A DNA stretch of 64,000 nt from Nitrospinales bacterium (GTDB lineage Bacteria > Nitrospinota > Nitrospinia > Nitrospinales > VA-1), in the NCBI GenBank assembly GCA_965262115.1, contig OZ253496.1, positions 896,001-960,000 of the forward strand, read 5' to 3'. A model generated the notes under the pieces. The model searched no databases. It was not told where the DNA came from and saw nothing but the letters and a program-made list of their open reading frames with translations. The translations under genes and the position numbers were made by a program. Below, in pieces: positions 50,470 to 62,207 of this stretch (the first letter of the stretch is position 1; each line of letters opens with the position of its first letter).

Positions 50470-52329
50470 TTATGAGGATTGGGCGGAAGGCCGGGGAGGA
50501 TAGAGCTTAAAGTACTTCTTGAAGATTTTCCTGGCAATCGGTGCGGCGGTGGCCCCGCCATGACCTCCATGTTCAATGATAATGGCCACAGCGATCTCGG
50601 GTTTTTCATAGGGCGCAAAAGCTACGAACCATGCATGATCCCGATACCTGACAGGTATGACTTCACCCTTCTCCAGCTCCTCATTGGATTTCATCCGGAC
50701 AACCTGGGCCGTTCCGGTTTTCCCAGAAACAATTATGTTTTTCAAGCGGGATCTTTTTCCTGTTCCTCGCGTACCGTTCACCACATCGCGCAGGGCCTTC
50801 CTGACCTGTTCTAAATGGTCTGGATCCACCCCTAATTGGCCGACTATATTCGGGAAAAATTCTTTCCGAGTTTTTCCATCGGGCCCTTCAATACGCTTTA
50901 CTAGATAAGGTTTGAGCAGAATGCCTCCATTAGCCACGGAGGCCATCATACTTGCCTGCTGTATGGGAGTCACCAGATTATAACCCTGACCAATGGACGC
51001 GGAAATGGTTTCGCCCAACAGCCAGGGCTCCTTCTTGTTTAACAATTTCCACTGGGTAGTAGGAACCAATCCCCTTTTTTCCTGGCTCAAGCCCAGATGG
51101 GTAGAACTGCCCAGCCCAAAACGTTTTGCGTATTTCGCAATCGTATTGATGCCCAAACGATGACCGATGGTATAAAAATAAACATCACAAGATTGCACCA
51201 TCGCGTCATGCAAATTCATCGGACCATGCCCGGATTTTTTCCAGCACCGATACCGACCTCTGCCCAACCTGAAATGCCCCGGACAAAAGATAGATGTATC
51301 CGGTTTAATCACGCCCTCTTCAAGGCCTGCAAGCGCTGTTATAATTTTGTAGGTAGAGCCAGGGGGATATTGGCCATGAATAGACCTGTTCTGTAACGGG
51401 TGCCACTCGTCAGTCACCAACGCATTCCAGTTCTGAGGACTGATTCCCGCCGCAAACTTATTGGGATCGAAGGAGGGACTGCTGGTCATTGCAATGATCT
51501 CACCCGTCTGCGCCTTCATCACCACCACGGAACCATTCATATTCTGATCCACAGTTCCAACCATTAATTTTTCCAATTCCTGTTGTATCCTTACATCCAA
51601 GGTAAGAATCAGATTGTTCCCACTTTCTGGAGGTAGTTTGCGTAATGATTTCAACTCCCTGCCAGAAACATCCACTTCAACTTCTTTGTAGCCCTTTTCG
51701 CCTCGCAAAATAGACTCATATATATTTTCCAGGCCGTTTTTTCCGACAAAATCCCCCTGCTTATACTTGGGGTCTTTAAGGCTTTCCAAGCTTGCTTTGG
51801 AAATCTCTCCAAGATAGCCCAGCGTGTGGGATGCCAGATTATTGAACACATAATTCCTTAAAGGTTCAGCCCTGATGTGTATTCCAGGAAGGCTCATATT
51901 GTTCTCTTCTATAAAAGCCACTTCCTCCCGAGAAATATCTCCCTTTATTAAAACTTCTTTGAAGGATTTGCTCCGCGCCATTGCCTTTTTCAATTTTTCC
52001 CGGTCAAAGGAAATTTTTGGGGACATTTTGTCCAGAGAGTGGTCCAGATCTCCGGCATCTTCAGGAGTTAAATACAGATTGAAAGCAGGGCGAATGCTGA
52101 CTAAAGTCTCACCGTTCCGATCTTTAATCATTCCCCGGTTTGCAGGCAGGGTTACCATTCGAACCCGGTTGTTCTCTGAAAGCCCCGTCAGGTATTGCCA
52201 TTTCAAAATCTGCAAATACCAGACACGCATCCACAAGCACAGAAATGAAACCACAACAAGGATGGCGAAGACACGTATCTTCTTTTTAATCACATCATTG
52301 GTTTCGGTGCCATGACGAAACAGGCTCAT
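50470..52329 (-). CDS. mrdA: Penicillin-binding protein 2
   Basis: RGMIKDRNG, PGSTYK, SCD, KTGT; ATG overlaps the mreD stop. Confidence 0.95.
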   Translation of the reverse strand: MSLFRHGTETNDVIKKKIRVFAILVVVSFLCLWMRVWYLQILKWQYLTGLSENNRVRMVTLPANRGMIKDRNGETLVSIRPAFNLYLTPEDAGDLDHSLDKMSPKISFDREKLKKAMARSKSFKEVLIKGDISREEVAFIEENNMSLPGIHIRAEPLRNYVFNNLASHTLGYLGEISKASLESLKDPKYKQGDFVGKNGLENIYESILRGEKGYKEVEVDVSGRELKSLRKLPPESGNNLILTLDVRIQQELEKLMVGTVDQNMNGSVVVMKAQTGEIIAMTSSPSFDPNKFAAGISPQNWNALVTDEWHPLQNRSIHGQYPPGSTYKIITALAGLEEGVIKPDTSIFCPGHFRLGRGRYRCWKKSGHGPMNLHDAMVQSCDVYFYTIGHRLGINTIAKYAKRFGLGSSTHLGLSQEKRGLVPTTQWKLLNKKEPWLLGETISASIGQGYNLVTPIQQASMMASVANGGILLKPYLVKRIEGPDGKTRKEFFPNIVGQLGVDPDHLEQVRKALRDVVNGTRGTGKRSRLKNIIVSGKTGTAQVVRMKSNEELEKGEVIPVRYRDHAWFVAFAPYEKPEIAVAIIIEHGGHGGATAAPIARKIFKKYFKLYPPRPSAQSS

Positions 52330-52844
52330 CTTCTCATTCCCATATAAGGATTGGACATTTTCGGTTGCAACCAACCATCAATTTTATCCAATACCACAAA
52401 CATAAAGGGCCCTATTAATGCATTATAAATACTGTAAATGGGTAACGACTGATACAAAAAGCTGGAAGCGACCTCTCCCTTCAGAATAGTTCCCATGGAG
52501 AAATAAAACACCAGACCGTCAAAAATCGAAGAAACAATAAGAAATATCCCTATCGGTATCATGCCTTCAACATAAAACTTATCCTTAAGCGTGGAAAAAA
52601 AATAAGCGATCAGACTTTTCGAGAGCGTGTTCACTCCCAACAGTCCCCCTGAAAGGCTGTCCTGAGCAAGCCCCAAAGCAATCCCGGCTCCAATCCCGTT
52701 CGACCGGGAATATCGAACTCCACAATAGGCCACCCACACCAGAATCAGGTCCGGGGTAACACCGCCAAAGGAAAAAATTTCCAACCAGGTCGTCTGGGCA
52801 GAAAACAAAAAAACGGCAATCAGTGCCTGCGAAAAATAATACAT
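52326..52844 (-). CDS. mreD: Rod shape-determining protein MreD
   Basis: Hydrophobic, PDL and GLAQD motifs, operon position. Confidence 0.88.
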   Translation of the reverse strand: MYYFSQALIAVFLFSAQTTWLEIFSFGGVTPDLILVWVAYCGVRYSRSNGIGAGIALGLAQDSLSGGLLGVNTLSKSLIAYFFSTLKDKFYVEGMIPIGIFLIVSSIFDGLVFYFSMGTILKGEVASSFLYQSLPIYSIYNALIGPFMFVVLDKIDGWLQPKMSNPYMGMRR

Positions 52845-52850
52845 AAAAAC

Positions 52851-53666
52851 CTAAGGCAAAAGGACAAGCACCTCTTCCAGGCGCGACAAATCTGAGCTGG
52901 GAGTTAAGGTAATCTCCTGAAACAACCCTTGTTTCTTCCTGGATACCTGGGAGACTTTTCCGATGACCAAGCCCTTCGGGAAAATTCCACCCAGCCCCGA
53001 GGAAAGCATCGTGTCTCCCACTTTGACATCTGCAGTGTTCGGAACAAATTTCAATTTACACTCATCTTCCCCCATGCCAACAACGACTCCCGATACTCGG
53101 TTATCCTGAAACAAGGCATCCACCGCGCTACGACCGTCAATAATCAAAAGCACCTTCGAGGTGTTGGCACCAGCATGAATCACCTGGCCGATCACTCCGG
53201 CCTCAGTAACCACGGCCAAGTGATTCCTAATCCCGTTTTGCGTTCCCTTATTAACAACCACCACCTTTGACCACTGGGTGGCATCCCTGCCAATGACCGA
53301 AGCCACCAAAATTTTCTTATCCCAATCGTCTTCATAAGCCATGAGTTTAGCAAGACGCTTTTGGCTGGCGAGACGTTCAATGAGTTGGTTTTTTTCGCTT
53401 ATGAGGCGCTGAATTTCCAGCTTTAGCTGGTCATTTTCCCTCGCCACATCGACAAGGAAAAAATAATGATTGATGCTATCGGAGACAGACTGAATGGTTT
53501 GGGTAAAAAAATTCTGGAACGGGGAAAGGATGAAGCCCGCTACGGAGTCGAGAAAACCGGCACCTTTTTCCTGCTTGACGTTCAAAGTCATCAACGCCAA
53601 AGAGAACAGGAGAATTGCAGAAACAAGCACAATATTTTTTTTGCTTTTATTTCCTTTTCTGAGCAC
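52851..53666 (-). CDS. mreC: Rod shape-determining protein MreC
   Basis: TM, coiled coil, NKG, SSGLGGIFPKG. Confidence 0.93.
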   Translation of the reverse strand: MLRKGNKSKKNIVLVSAILLFSLALMTLNVKQEKGAGFLDSVAGFILSPFQNFFTQTIQSVSDSINHYFFLVDVARENDQLKLEIQRLISEKNQLIERLASQKRLAKLMAYEDDWDKKILVASVIGRDATQWSKVVVVNKGTQNGIRNHLAVVTEAGVIGQVIHAGANTSKVLLIIDGRSAVDALFQDNRVSGVVVGMGEDECKLKFVPNTADVKVGDTMLSSGLGGIFPKGLVIGKVSQVSRKKQGLFQEITLTPSSDLSRLEEVLVLLP

Positions 53667-53668
53667 CG

Positions 53669-54691
<1,023 letters not shown>

Positions 54692-54953
54692 TCATATCCC
54701 TTATTGCGGGTTTCATAAATTTGCGTAACTTCTTGTTTTTCCTCAGGTTCATTTATAGCAAGGGGCCGTATAAAATGCAAGATAAATCCCGGCGCGCGCT
54801 CGCTATACCACTACCGTTTGGGCCAGATGCAGCCAAGGATAACCAGCACTCTCCATAAAACCCCGTTACTCACTCACTAATAATGGCTTGCGATTCTCTT
54901 GCGTGTTTTATAGTATAGGTTCCTTCTTTAACCGAGAACCGAGAGTAACATCT

Positions 54954-56885
54954 ATGCTGAGCACGATTCGAGAACATGCTGATTCCTGGCTGATTAAATC
55001 CATTCTATGGATGATCATCCTGGCTTTTGTAGGAACTATTTTCTATTCATGGGGAATGGGGGGTGCTTCCAACTCCGGGGGCGGAGTCATAGCAACCGTT
55101 GAAGGAGAAAATATTTACCAGGGCGAATATGATCGCACTTTTAATAACCTTGTGAATTTTTACCGACAACAATTCAGGAACCAGTTTTCTGACGAGATGA
55201 TCAAAAAGCTCGATCTGAAAACTCAGGCTTTGGAGGCTTTAATCCAAAAAAAATTATTATTGCAGAAAGCCGAAAAACAAAACTTGAGAGTCAGCAATGC
55301 AGAACTGATATCCCATATCCAGGGTTTGCAGGTATTCCAAAATGATAAAAATTTCAGCGAAAAATCTTATCGAAATTATCTTCAGTTTCAACGGGTCACT
55401 CCCGGCGAGTTTGAAGACAACCAGCGCGAGAACCTGGTTTTAAACAAGCTGGAGAAACTGTTCGGAACCAGCTCCAAAGTTTCACAAAGTGAAATCCGTG
55501 AAGCCTTCATAAACGAAGAAGAAAAAGCCAAGCTGGACTATGTGCGATTTAACGACGATCACTTTCAGGTCGAAAAAACTTTTACCGATCAGGAACTCAA
55601 TGATTTTTTTCAAGCCAACAAAAAACAGTTTGAGATACCGCCGCAAATCAAGGTTGTATATGTAAAAATTGAGCCCCAGACCTATCTTGCAGAAATCAAA
55701 CCTCGGGATGAAGACATTGAATACTATTACCAGACCAAGATTGCTGATTTTCGCGTTAAGAAAATGTACCGGGCCAGCCACATACTCGTCCATATAAAAT
55801 CATCGGAAATTGAGGGAGATGCTTCTCCTGAAGAAAAACAGAAACAAGCGGAAGATAAAGCGAAAGCCCGGGCCACTGAACTTCTGGAAAAAGTTAAAAC
55901 CGGTGCCGACTTCGGAGAAATTGCAAAAAAACATTCCGATGACCCCGGCTCAGGATCCCAGGGAGGAAGCCTGGGAGAGTTTCCCAAAGGAACCATGGTC
56001 TCCGTTTTTGAGTCGGCTTTGGAAAAGTTGAAGGTTGGAGAAATTAGTGAACCTGTTCTAACCCCTTTTGGCTACCATATTATCAAACTGGAAGGCTTTG
56101 AGGAGGAACGGTTCAAACCGCTGAAGGAGGTCCGCGAAGAAGTCATTCAGTCCCTGAAGAATATCAAGGCCCGGCAAAGGGTTAGAAGAACGGCAAAACA
56201 TATTCATCGGGAAGCGGAAAAAGATGGCAATCTGCAATCAGCCGCTGAAAAGAATCAGGCTCAGACAACCACCACGGAATTTTTCTCCAGAGAAAAGCAT
56301 AATCCCCTGGAAATAGGCAACAATCCCCAGTTCTACAACACAGCCTTCACCTTGGGGGAAAACAGGGTCAGCCAACCTGTGCACACTCAGGAAGCGTCTT
56401 TCGTTTTAAAACTCGCTGGCAGCAAAGAAGCCTATATCCCAAAGTTGAAGGAAGTCAGAAAACCTGTTGAACAAGCTTTAACCGAACGCGTCAATGAAGA
56501 GCAAACCTCCTCCAAGTTCAGGGAACTGGAACAAAAGCTGGCGCAGGAAAAGGATCTGGAAAAAGTCATCAAAGGGCTGGATTTGAGCGTCCGGCACACG
56601 CCGTTCTTCAGCATGGCAGACTCCATTCCCGGGATTGGTAATATCAAAGAAATCAAGGAAAAAACTTTAGCAATGAAGGTGGGAGATACTTCCTCCGCGA
56701 AAATAAGAAACCGTTTTTACCTGTTTAAACGGGTGGATAAAGAAGCCGCCGGAGAACCCGACAGAGAACAAACCAAAAAAATAATCCAACGCATCAATCA
56801 GGAAAAAAGTAGCCAAATGTTTCAGGAGTGGGTGGAAAACTTGAAAGCCCGGGCAGAAATTATGATCGACAAATCCTTGATGTGA
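54954..56885 (+). CDS. ppiD: PpiD-like membrane-anchored parvulin PPIase with SurA N-terminal domain
   Basis: MLSTIR plus TM, ASHIL, FGEIAKKHSDD, GGSLG, FGYHIIK. Confidence 0.85.
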   Translation: MLSTIREHADSWLIKSILWMIILAFVGTIFYSWGMGGASNSGGGVIATVEGENIYQGEYDRTFNNLVNFYRQQFRNQFSDEMIKKLDLKTQALEALIQKKLLLQKAEKQNLRVSNAELISHIQGLQVFQNDKNFSEKSYRNYLQFQRVTPGEFEDNQRENLVLNKLEKLFGTSSKVSQSEIREAFINEEEKAKLDYVRFNDDHFQVEKTFTDQELNDFFQANKKQFEIPPQIKVVYVKIEPQTYLAEIKPRDEDIEYYYQTKIADFRVKKMYRASHILVHIKSSEIEGDASPEEKQKQAEDKAKARATELLEKVKTGADFGEIAKKHSDDPGSGSQGGSLGEFPKGTMVSVFESALEKLKVGEISEPVLTPFGYHIIKLEGFEEERFKPLKEVREEVIQSLKNIKARQRVRRTAKHIHREAEKDGNLQSAAEKNQAQTTTTEFFSREKHNPLEIGNNPQFYNTAFTLGENRVSQPVHTQEASFVLKLAGSKEAYIPKLKEVRKPVEQALTERVNEEQTSSKFRELEQKLAQEKDLEKVIKGLDLSVRHTPFFSMADSIPGIGNIKEIKEKTLAMKVGDTSSAKIRNRFYLFKRVDKEAAGEPDREQTKKIIQRINQEKSSQMFQEWVENLKARAEIMIDKSLM

Positions 56886-56931
56886 TTTTCATAGCCCGGT
56901 GAATTGGCAAAGTCTTGATTTGATTTTGCGT

Positions 56932-58290
56932 TTAGACCGTTTTTTTATACAGCCGGTGAATTTTTAGAATTTTGTTTGTCAATGATTCGATGTCCTCAGC
57001 AATAACCCGAATCATCTCTTCCTTTCTTATCCCGCCCAGATCATAAATGATATCTGGCACCGAGCCGAAATCCATAAGCGCTTTTTGGGTGCCCCATTCC
57101 AGGGAAGACCCTTCCCGAACTCTTATATTTTTAGGTTCCTCCGCCCTGTCAAACGAAGCAATCTTAAACCGGAGGCGTTGACATATTTTTAACAGCGCGT
57201 CCGTATATTTAATATTCATGACAGCGCGTTTTTCTGGATCAAAACGCATGACCGTCAAAACAATATTGGCGACATGCCGGGAACCGCCAAACTCAGGTTC
57301 GGCACCCGTGAAAATATCTTCCCCATTTTTGATAAGGCGCCCTGGGATGGCGAGAACATCCTCATGATTTTTGGCATTTTTTAGCGCCAACCCGATATTG
57401 GTTTGAACCTCAGGAACCAATGACCCAATTCTTTCTTCCCGGAATACCCGGATGGCCCGATTCATTCCTTCTAAAGCCTGGGCTTTTTCATTTTCCCTGT
57501 ACAGTGCGGATAGCGGCTCCACACTGGCCTTGCCGTTTCCAGAAATCACTTCTCCAAGAATAGCCCGTCCAATAAAATCCTTGGCTTCTATTACCGTCGG
57601 CAAGATTTGTCTGCCCAAAGCCAGTCCAGCGGTAATTGCTGATGAAAAAACACAACCTGTTCCATGGGGATCCGATTCCGACAATCGCTCTGAGCTTAAA
57701 ATCTCTATACCATTGTTATCCAGAAACAGATCTTCCGGTTTTCCTTTCAAGTGGCCACCCGTGAGCACCACCGCCCGTACTCCCGATTTAAGAATTTTTC
57801 GTGCCGCACGCTTTCTGTCCGCAGTTCGGCGGATTTTTATTCCGGATAATATTTCAGCTTCCCTGATATTTGGGGTCACAAGACGCGCCAGAGGGAACAA
57901 GCGCTTCATCATCATCTCCACCCCGGATGGGGCGAGCAGTTTTTTCCCTGAAGAAGAAAAAATGACGGGATCGACAACCAGGTTTTTAACCCGATAACAT
58001 TTGAGCAGGGAGGCAACCCGATCGACAATCTGCTCATTGCCCAGCATTCCTGTTTTTACGGCCTGGCATTTATTATCCTCAAAAATGGATTTAAGCTGGC
58101 TTTCAACAACACCAACTGGCAAATCATTCACAGCCTGGACTCCCAAAGTATTCTGGGAAGTGATGGAGGTGATCACTGTTTTGCCAAATACCCCAAGAGC
58201 AGAAAATGTTTTAAGATCGGCTTGAATGCCAGCGCCGCCTCCGGAATCCGAACCGGCTATTGTCAAGGCTACTGCAATTTTGTCAGACAT
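56932..58290 (-). CDS. thiD: HMP/HMP-P kinase fused to ThiN-type thiamine-phosphate synthase
   Basis: TIAGSDSGGGAGIQADLK and HGTGC; C-terminal PEVQTN, PGRL, PEFGGSRHVA, PDIIYDLG. Confidence 0.9.
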   Translation of the reverse strand: MSDKIAVALTIAGSDSGGGAGIQADLKTFSALGVFGKTVITSITSQNTLGVQAVNDLPVGVVESQLKSIFEDNKCQAVKTGMLGNEQIVDRVASLLKCYRVKNLVVDPVIFSSSGKKLLAPSGVEMMMKRLFPLARLVTPNIREAEILSGIKIRRTADRKRAARKILKSGVRAVVLTGGHLKGKPEDLFLDNNGIEILSSERLSESDPHGTGCVFSSAITAGLALGRQILPTVIEAKDFIGRAILGEVISGNGKASVEPLSALYRENEKAQALEGMNRAIRVFREERIGSLVPEVQTNIGLALKNAKNHEDVLAIPGRLIKNGEDIFTGAEPEFGGSRHVANIVLTVMRFDPEKRAVMNIKYTDALLKICQRLRFKIASFDRAEEPKNIRVREGSSLEWGTQKALMDFGSVPDIIYDLGGIRKEEMIRVIAEDIESLTNKILKIHRLYKKTV

Positions 58291-58377
58291 AAATCAATCT
58301 CTTCAATATAGGAAAATAAGGAAGGTTTAATGTAACAGACCGTCTTGAAACCTGGTAATAAAATATTGGGGTTTTAT

Positions 58378-60198
58378 TCAGGCAACGGTAACGGATTTGG
58401 CAAGAGATCGGGGTTTGTCGATATTGCGCTTCAGAGAGGTGGCGGTAAAATATGCAAACAACTGGCCAATGACCAACTGAATAAGAGGCGCCGTCAAAGG
58501 AGGTACTTTGGGAAGGATCAATTCTTCACTGTATAAATCCTGGTTTTTCCCCTGCTCGCTGAAATGAATTCCCAGAACAAAACCTGACCGGGCGCGAATT
58601 TCCTCTATACAATGCATCGTGGATTCATAGAGTACTTTATCTTCAGGAGGCGGAACGAACACGATTGAAAACACATCGTCATCAATCATAGCCAGTGTTC
58701 CGTGCTTTAAAAATCCACCGGGCATTCCTTCTGCATGAACGTAGGCAACCTCTTTCATTTTTAAAGCTGCTTCCAAGGCAATAGGATAATAAACCCCCCG
58801 CCCTAAATAGAGCCAGTTGAGGCTCCCGGAATATTTATGGGCAAGGCGATGAATAAAACCGGATCGCTCGTTTAAAATTCCCTGGATAATTTCAGGGAGC
58901 TCCTGCAAAGCCTGCAGGTGCTGGTTATAGGTTTTTCGGGTGATCACTTTCTTTTTTAAGGCAAGCTTCATAGCCATCACCGTAAAAATTACCATTTGCG
59001 ATAACGCGGCCTTGGTACTGATCACACAGATTTCAGGTCCCGATCCTTGGAGAACTACTTTGTCAACCAGCCTGGCAATGGAGGAACCCATGACATTGAC
59101 AACTGCTGCTGTCCGGGCTCCACTGGATTTGGCATACTTCAACGCCGACAAGGTGTCAAAGGTTTCACCGGATTGCGAAGCGGCAAAAACCAGAGACTGC
59201 TTGTTCACATTGGCCAATGCCATGAACTCATCAGAACTGATGGAAGGAAAAAACTCCTGCACCAACTGCGAAAAAATATATTTGGCATATTTAGCAACGT
59301 AAAAAGTAGTTCCCACACCCAGCAAATAAGAGTTCTTAGATTTTGCAAATAAATCAACAACCTCATCCAGCCCTGAGGCCTCCAGATCCAACGCATTAGA
59401 AATGGTTTGAGGCTGTTCATAAATTTCCTTGAGCATATAATGAGGATAGCCCCCCTTTTTGGAAGTCTCACTGTCCCATTCAATTTTAGTGATGGCTTTC
59501 GTGACTTCGTCCTTGCTCAAAATGCTTTTCACGACATAGGTATCCCGGGAAAGAATGGCATATTCTCCATCATCCAGAATCACAGCATTTTTGGTATGGT
59601 CGATGAAAGCGTTGAAATCGGAACCAATAAATTTAATCTCATCACCGATACCGAGCATCAGTGGTGATTCCTTTTTCGCGCAAAAAATCTGATCGGGAAG
59701 ATAGGAGGAAATAAATGCTATCGCATAGGTTCCTTCAATGAGGCCCAGCATCTTCAAAAAAGCTTTTTCCACGTTACGACTGCGCTTGTAAAACTTCTCT
59801 AAAAGGTGGGCGAGAATTTCAGTATCGGTTTCCGAAGAAAACTTGAAGCCTTCTTTTTTTAGCTGGTCTCTCAAAGGACGGTAATTGGAAATGATTCCAT
59901 TGTGAACCACAGCAAAATTACCATCGCGGGAGGTGAGCGGGTGGGTGTTCTTCTGCGTCACTTTTCCGTGCGTGGCCCAGCGGGTATGGGCAATGCCTAT
60001 CTTGCTTTTCTGATCAAGGACATTGTGTTTGCGATAAAACTCTTCCACACCTCCAATGTCTTTTTTAATGATGAGGCGTGTTTTGTTCATCAAAGCAACG
60101 CCGCAAGAGTCATAGCCTCTGTACTCCAGGTTCCTGATCCCCTCAAAAAGAAGTTCGGATATATTTTTTAATCCGACAGCACCACTAATTCCACACAT
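58378..60198 (-). CDS. glmS: Glutamine-fructose-6-phosphate transaminase
   Basis: MCGI, LEYRGYDS, HTRWATHG, SQSGET, LAKSVTV. Confidence 0.97.
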   Translation of the reverse strand: MCGISGAVGLKNISELLFEGIRNLEYRGYDSCGVALMNKTRLIIKKDIGGVEEFYRKHNVLDQKSKIGIAHTRWATHGKVTQKNTHPLTSRDGNFAVVHNGIISNYRPLRDQLKKEGFKFSSETDTEILAHLLEKFYKRSRNVEKAFLKMLGLIEGTYAIAFISSYLPDQIFCAKKESPLMLGIGDEIKFIGSDFNAFIDHTKNAVILDDGEYAILSRDTYVVKSILSKDEVTKAITKIEWDSETSKKGGYPHYMLKEIYEQPQTISNALDLEASGLDEVVDLFAKSKNSYLLGVGTTFYVAKYAKYIFSQLVQEFFPSISSDEFMALANVNKQSLVFAASQSGETFDTLSALKYAKSSGARTAAVVNVMGSSIARLVDKVVLQGSGPEICVISTKAALSQMVIFTVMAMKLALKKKVITRKTYNQHLQALQELPEIIQGILNERSGFIHRLAHKYSGSLNWLYLGRGVYYPIALEAALKMKEVAYVHAEGMPGGFLKHGTLAMIDDDVFSIVFVPPPEDKVLYESTMHCIEEIRARSGFVLGIHFSEQGKNQDLYSEELILPKVPPLTAPLIQLVIGQLFAYFTATSLKRNIDKPRSLAKSVTVA

Positions 60199-60214
60199 AC
60201 TTATTTTCGACCTG

Positions 60215-61420
60215 TTATTTATGTTTTACGGAGTAGCATGCGGGAAGGGTAATCCCGGGGGCAACAATCGTTCCGGGCTGCAGGGTATTTCCGGCCCCAA
60301 CAACAACTCCATCACCGAGAAAAGCACCCAATTTTTTCATTCCCGTCGGCATAGGCCGCTTGCAGTTTTTCACAAAAATCGGTTTCCAGTCTATGTCTCG
60401 ATTCACAGTCATGCACCCTGCTCCCATATCCACATTTTCACCCAACACACTGTCTCCGACAAAAGAAAGACGGCCTATCTGGGAATTTTCCATCACCACG
60501 CAGTTTTTTAATTCCACACCGCTACCTACCGAACAATTTTTTCCAACAGAGGTGTAGCTTCTGACAAGAGAGTTATTACCGATATAGCTTCCTTTCCCAA
60601 TGCAACAAGGCCCTTCCAGTACGGCGCCAGATTTAATCACCGCTCCCGCCTCGACCCGGACGACTCCCTGCAGGGTCACATTAGCTTCCAGTGTTGCGTC
60701 TTTGGCGACAGAAGTCTCCTGCCACGAATCCATGATTATCTTGTTCGCCGTCAGAATTTCCCAGGGATAAACCACATCCAGCCATTCATCTTCCCACATG
60801 GAGGCACGTAGTCCTTCTCCCGCCACCACTTTCTTCAACGCCTTCTCCATGGAATTCCCTGAAGATTCCAGCAACTGAAAAAAATAGGCTGGCAATATAA
60901 ACACTCCGGCCAGAACATAATTGCCGAGCTTGTTGCCTTTGGGTTTCTCGATGATTTTTGTGATTTCCATACGCGCATTCAGGAAAACGTTTCCAAACAT
61001 CTGATTGGAAGGCGGCAGGCATATGGAGGCCACCGGACATTTGAATGAATGAAAGGATTGCTGAATTTTGCTGAAGATATTATTCGCCGTCAGGATATCT
61101 CCATACGCAAGCAGGAAATATTCACCCGGGAGTATTTTATTTTTGACCTGCATCACCGCATGACCGATTCCCAGCTTGCGTTTTTGCTCCACGTGATGCA
61201 GATTCAATCCATTGTGACCCTGCTGCTGAATCCGTTCGATTAACTTTTCTTTCTTATGTCCAGCCACCACAAAGATGTCGTTGATTCCTGCACTTTTAAG
61301 CAAACCGATGGTATTATCCAGCAGAGTGCGCCCCGCAACTCCAATCATGGAGATGGGCCGGGTTTCTGAAAATGGGCTGAGATGGGTGCCTTCACCCGCA
61401 ACTAGGATTATGGCTTTCAT
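60215..61420 (-). CDS. Archaeal-type GlmU-like nucleotidyltransferase/hexapeptide-repeat protein with degenerate motifs
   Basis: MKAIILVAGEGTHL, YGD, IEKP, WLDVVYPWEIL.AN, left-handed beta-helix repeats, TG.KKLGA. Confidence 0.82.
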   Translation of the reverse strand: MKAIILVAGEGTHLSPFSETRPISMIGVAGRTLLDNTIGLLKSAGINDIFVVAGHKKEKLIERIQQQGHNGLNLHHVEQKRKLGIGHAVMQVKNKILPGEYFLLAYGDILTANNIFSKIQQSFHSFKCPVASICLPPSNQMFGNVFLNARMEITKIIEKPKGNKLGNYVLAGVFILPAYFFQLLESSGNSMEKALKKVVAGEGLRASMWEDEWLDVVYPWEILTANKIIMDSWQETSVAKDATLEANVTLQGVVRVEAGAVIKSGAVLEGPCCIGKGSYIGNNSLVRSYTSVGKNCSVGSGVELKNCVVMENSQIGRLSFVGDSVLGENVDMGAGCMTVNRDIDWKPIFVKNCKRPMPTGMKKLGAFLGDGVVVGAGNTLQPGTIVAPGITLPACYSVKHK

Positions 61421-61454
61421 TTGAAAAAATCCTGATTGGGAAGGATAAAGTTAG

Positions 61455-62207
61455 TTACGAAGGCTGACGATGATCGACCAACAGTCGTTCCGCCCGGTTT
61501 AAATCATCTGGAGAATTAATTCCCAGTACCTCGTTCGCATCCTGGGTCTGAATCGCCTGAACGGGATACCCCTTTCGTACCAGATATTCTATTGTATCGG
61601 TCAAATAGTATTCTTTCTGAATATTTTTGGGGCTAACTTGCTCTAAGACCTTGAAAAACAACCTATTGTCAAAACAATATACTCCGGAATTGAATTCGTC
61701 AACTTTTTTCTCAATTTCCGAAGCGTCCTTGAGCTCCACGATCTTTAATATTGAACCATTTCCATCACGAATGATCCGGCCAAAATCATGGCACCCACTA
61801 CTTTTAAGGGTCAGCACCGTGCACTTGGCTTCGATCCTTTTATGCCCTTGAACCATTTGCAACAGGGTATTAGGCCGGATCAAAGGCATGTCCCCACATA
61901 ACACTAAAACCAACCCGTCAAAGTTCTCCAATTTCGCCTTGGCTTGTTGCGCGGCATGGCCCGTACCCAACTGTTCTTCTTGGACCACGAACTCAACCTC
62001 ACGGTCAGCAAAGGCTTCTCGCACCTGATCAGCCTGATGTCCCACCACTACTATTGTCCGAGTGGGATTCAATCGAGAAGAAAGATCAAGTACATAGTGA
62101 AGAAGAGGATGACCAGCAACGGGAAGAAGAACTTTGGCAAGAGAAGATCGCATGCGGGTGCCTTTACCCGCCGCTAAAATGATGACCGCTAGGTCCTGCT
62201 GCTGCAT
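61455..62207 (-). CDS. GlmU N-terminal (uridylyltransferase) domain only
   Basis: ILAAGKGTRM....KVL, QLGTGHA, GDMPL, IVE.KDA, EYYLTD, GIN; ends at 250 aa. Confidence 0.88.
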   Translation of the reverse strand: MQQQDLAVIILAAGKGTRMRSSLAKVLLPVAGHPLLHYVLDLSSRLNPTRTIVVVGHQADQVREAFADREVEFVVQEEQLGTGHAAQQAKAKLENFDGLVLVLCGDMPLIRPNTLLQMVQGHKRIEAKCTVLTLKSSGCHDFGRIIRDGNGSILKIVELKDASEIEKKVDEFNSGVYCFDNRLFFKVLEQVSPKNIQKEYYLTDTIEYLVRKGYPVQAIQTQDANEVLGINSPDDLNRAERLLVDHRQPS

